Both the position numbers and the translations under genes were made by a program. A stretch of 64,000 nt of DNA from Candidatus Moanibacter sp. (GTDB taxonomy: Bacteria; Verrucomicrobiota; Verrucomicrobiia; Opitutales; UBA2987), in NCBI GenBank assembly GCA_965215885.1, contig CBDCEW010000105.1, positions 352,001-416,000 on the forward strand. Direction: 5' to 3'. Each line of letters begins with the position of its first letter. The first letter of the stretch is position 1. Positions 61,819 to 64,000 of the stretch are shown in pieces. Under the pieces are notes generated by a model. The model ran no database searches. It was not told the origin of the DNA and worked only from the letters and a program-made list of their open reading frames with translations.

Positions 61819-62796
61819 ATGAGCCCGATGCATAAGCTCTGGTTTGATTTTCCCCTTATGGAAAAAACAATGGCGATGATCGCCCGTGAGTTTGAGCCCA
61901 TTGGTCCCATACAGGTCCCTGACCCGAACGATTCTTTGACGTGTGTCGAGGAGGCCGACTTCGCTCTTGTCGGCTCATTCTTTCCGGGGCGCGAGCAGAA
62001 GACCTATGATCGTGCCAAACTGCTCAAGGCTGTAATCCGTAGCGGAATCGGCTACGATAATGTCGACATCGATCTTGCCGCAAAAAATGGTGTGTGTGCC
62101 CTGAACACGCCCGATGCCCCGACGGAAGCGACGGCGGAATTGACGATCACGCTTTTGCTGGGACTGGCCCGTCCTATTCTTAGAGGGAACAGGAAACTTC
62201 TATCGGGTGAGTGGCCACGTCCGAAAAGAGGATTCGAACTGGCAGGCAAAACTCTCGGATTGGTCGGTTTGGGACGCATCGGGACGCGCGTAGCGGAACT
62301 TGCCAATGCCTTTCGAATGCGTGTGATTTTCTACGATCCGTTTGTGGATTCCTGCCGTGCCGAGGCGCTCGATGTAGAACGAGTCGAGCGTTTAGAGCAG
62401 CTCTACATGGAATCGGATTTTGTATCACTGCATTTACCTCTGTCGCCCGAGACTCGTGGATTGATTAATCGGGAGACTTTTGCGCAGATGAAGGATGGCG
62501 CTTACCTGGTGAACGTCTCTCGCGGCCCCATTGTTAATGAGACCGACCTCTATCAAGCCCTGAAAGACGGGCAGATCGCGGGCGCCGGTCTCGATGTCTG
62601 GGACCCGGAACCACCGGCGCCTGATAATCCGCTCTTTGCATTGGAAAATGTCTTCGCGACTCCCCATATGGGAGGGCAGAGTATAGAGATGCATTTGCGA
62701 GCCATAACGACGGCGATCGATGACATCAGGCAAATTCTGCGCGGCGAACGGCCCGCCAACCTCCTCAACCCTGAAGTATGGGATCACCGAAGATAG
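61819..62796 (+). CDS. D-2-hydroxyacid dehydrogenase (SerA-like, no ACT domain)
   Basis: GIGYDNVD, GLVGLGRIG, NVSRG, LDVWDPEP, TPHMGG. Confidence 0.9.
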   Translation: MSPMHKLWFDFPLMEKTMAMIAREFEPIGPIQVPDPNDSLTCVEEADFALVGSFFPGREQKTYDRAKLLKAVIRSGIGYDNVDIDLAAKNGVCALNTPDAPTEATAELTITLLLGLARPILRGNRKLLSGEWPRPKRGFELAGKTLGLVGLGRIGTRVAELANAFRMRVIFYDPFVDSCRAEALDVERVERLEQLYMESDFVSLHLPLSPETRGLINRETFAQMKDGAYLVNVSRGPIVNETDLYQALKDGQIAGAGLDVWDPEPPAPDNPLFALENVFATPHMGGQSIEMHLRAITTAIDDIRQILRGERPANLLNPEVWDHRR

Positions 62797-62936
62797 GGAA
62801 TAACCTTTTTCGCAAACAGTTCCATATTTTGCGCAGTCAACTCCCGATCCAGGGTGCCGAACTGCAAGAGACATGGAAGCAGACTGAAACCGAGATCTTT
62901 CTCATAGGTACTCAATTTATCTCTTCCTGCGGCCAT
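62784..62936 (-). pseudogene. 3' remnant resembling the C-terminus of an LLM-class flavin-dependent oxidoreductase
   Basis: Own translation: RDKLSTYEKDLGFSLLPCLLQFGTLDRELTAQNMELFAKKVIPYLR*; not in the ORF track. Confidence 0.6.
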
Positions 62937-63178
62937 ATTGACTGTAAAGGAGTTTTATTGAATAGCTCCCTTACGAGGGCCTGATCGAACAGCCTTTTAC
63001 GAGATTCTTGTACGATTATGGGGTTGGGAATTGGTCGGAAACAAAGTCCGACGGGCGCTTAACGGTAAATGGATTAAGTCGGTATGATTTTCGGCCGTAT
63101 AATCCTGCTGATTGAGTGGCTCTACAGCAGAACAGTGACACAGTCGCCCGATGCGCGAAAGTCTAAGGACTAAGGTGT

Positions 63179-64000
63179 ATGCAACAGGAAAATGTCAGTG
63201 AAATTAAGATACCACCGCTGCCGACAGTGTCTTTTCAGGTGATCAGGTATAACCTTGAACATCCTGAATCCGGCGTTGCCGATATGGAGCGCATCGTATC
63301 GCCCGATAAGGGTATCTGTACCGATTTACTGCGAGTGTCCAACTCTGCTTTTTACGGGCATCGCGGCCAGATGGCCAGCCTCAGCGATGCCATAAGTCTA
63401 CTCGGGTTGAAGACTGTAAAGAATCTGATCATTCTTCTATTCAGCAAGAATCTGAGTGGAGGGATAAAAAGCGGCTATCTGAAACGATATGTTAATGAAT
63501 ATCCGGTAATCTCGGCACTTACGGCTATGGAACTCTCTGATCCGCTGGGTCTTCCCGAGGAAAAGGACAATGGCTTTGTCTCCGGATTGCTTCACAAAAT
63601 TGGAATGACATTCATAGCCCTGGAGGATGGTGAGGCTTATGAATCTCTCATCAGGAAAGCGGAAGAGCGTCATGAGAAAATTCAATATGTTGAACGGGAA
63701 TACTTCGGTCTCGACCATGTCAGCCTAACCGAAGAAGCTTTTAAGCATTGGAACCTGCCACCAGAACTCCAGGACGTTGCTCATGATGTGGAATTTCCCA
63801 TTGGTGAAATTGGATCAGTCTCCAATCTGGTGCGCCTTACCTCTCTTGCCAGCTTGGTAACGAAGCGCTTTCTGAATCTGGGCTTTTCTGAAGCGGATGA
63901 GTGCAAGTTGTCTGGGATCTTTTCCTTTTTTAATGCGAGCGAGGTGCAGGATCGCGTCAATCTGGAATTCTTCGAAGCGATTAAAGAACATCCCTTTTAT
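63179..64000 (+). CDS. HDOD-domain protein (runs off the window end)
   Basis: Own translation from ATG 63179: KIPPLPTV, LLRVSNSAFYG, AISLLGLKTVKNL, GLLHKIG, DHVSL..HWNLP. Confidence 0.88.
   Translation, partial: MQQENVSEIKIPPLPTVSFQVIRYNLEHPESGVADMERIVSPDKGICTDLLRVSNSAFYGHRGQMASLSDAISLLGLKTVKNLIILLFSKNLSGGIKSGYLKRYVNEYPVISALTAMELSDPLGLPEEKDNGFVSGLLHKIGMTFIALEDGEAYESLIRKAEERHEKIQYVEREYFGLDHVSLTEEAFKHWNLPPELQDVAHDVEFPIGEIGSVSNLVRLTSLASLVTKRFLNLGFSEADECKLSGIFSFFNASEVQDRVNLEFFEAIKEHPFY

Noticed and set aside
63437..63718. 93-aa minus-strand ORF at the window end
   Set aside because: Antisense to the HDOD gene starting at 63179, which the track omitted because its stop lies beyond the window

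Overview
A bacterial chromosomal window, by inference from the Verrucomicrobiota (Opitutales-like: long three-domain IspG, compact GluRS, secreted protein with a DxDGDG..NLLEYAF...FYRL tail). Most of it is housekeeping: murJ, tRNA-Arg(ACG), hpf, gltX-glnS, leuCD-exbBD, fabV, uvrB, sucCD, the uppS-cdsA-dxr-rseP-ispG-rph cluster, rpiB, an LptF/G permease, smc and tdk. A signalling cluster occupies the left end (REC-PP2C-HATPase plus STAS, hybrid kinase, REC-adenylate cyclase). The most unusual items are: (1) a MamK-like actin with an unknown upstream partner gene behind a sigma-54-type promoter, with no other magnetosome genes in view; (2) a two-ORF Mutator-like transposon whose ORFs join by a -1 shift at an A9 run, bracketed by ~70-bp inverted repeats; (3) an unrecognised toxin-antitoxin-like gene pair; (4) a family of CTAG-bounded miniature inverted-repeat elements, several overlapping stop codons. 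Two IS4-family elements and several pseudogenes or remnants point to ongoing gene decay. No CRISPR array, rRNA or prophage was seen. All family assignments come from motifs read by eye; no database search was run.
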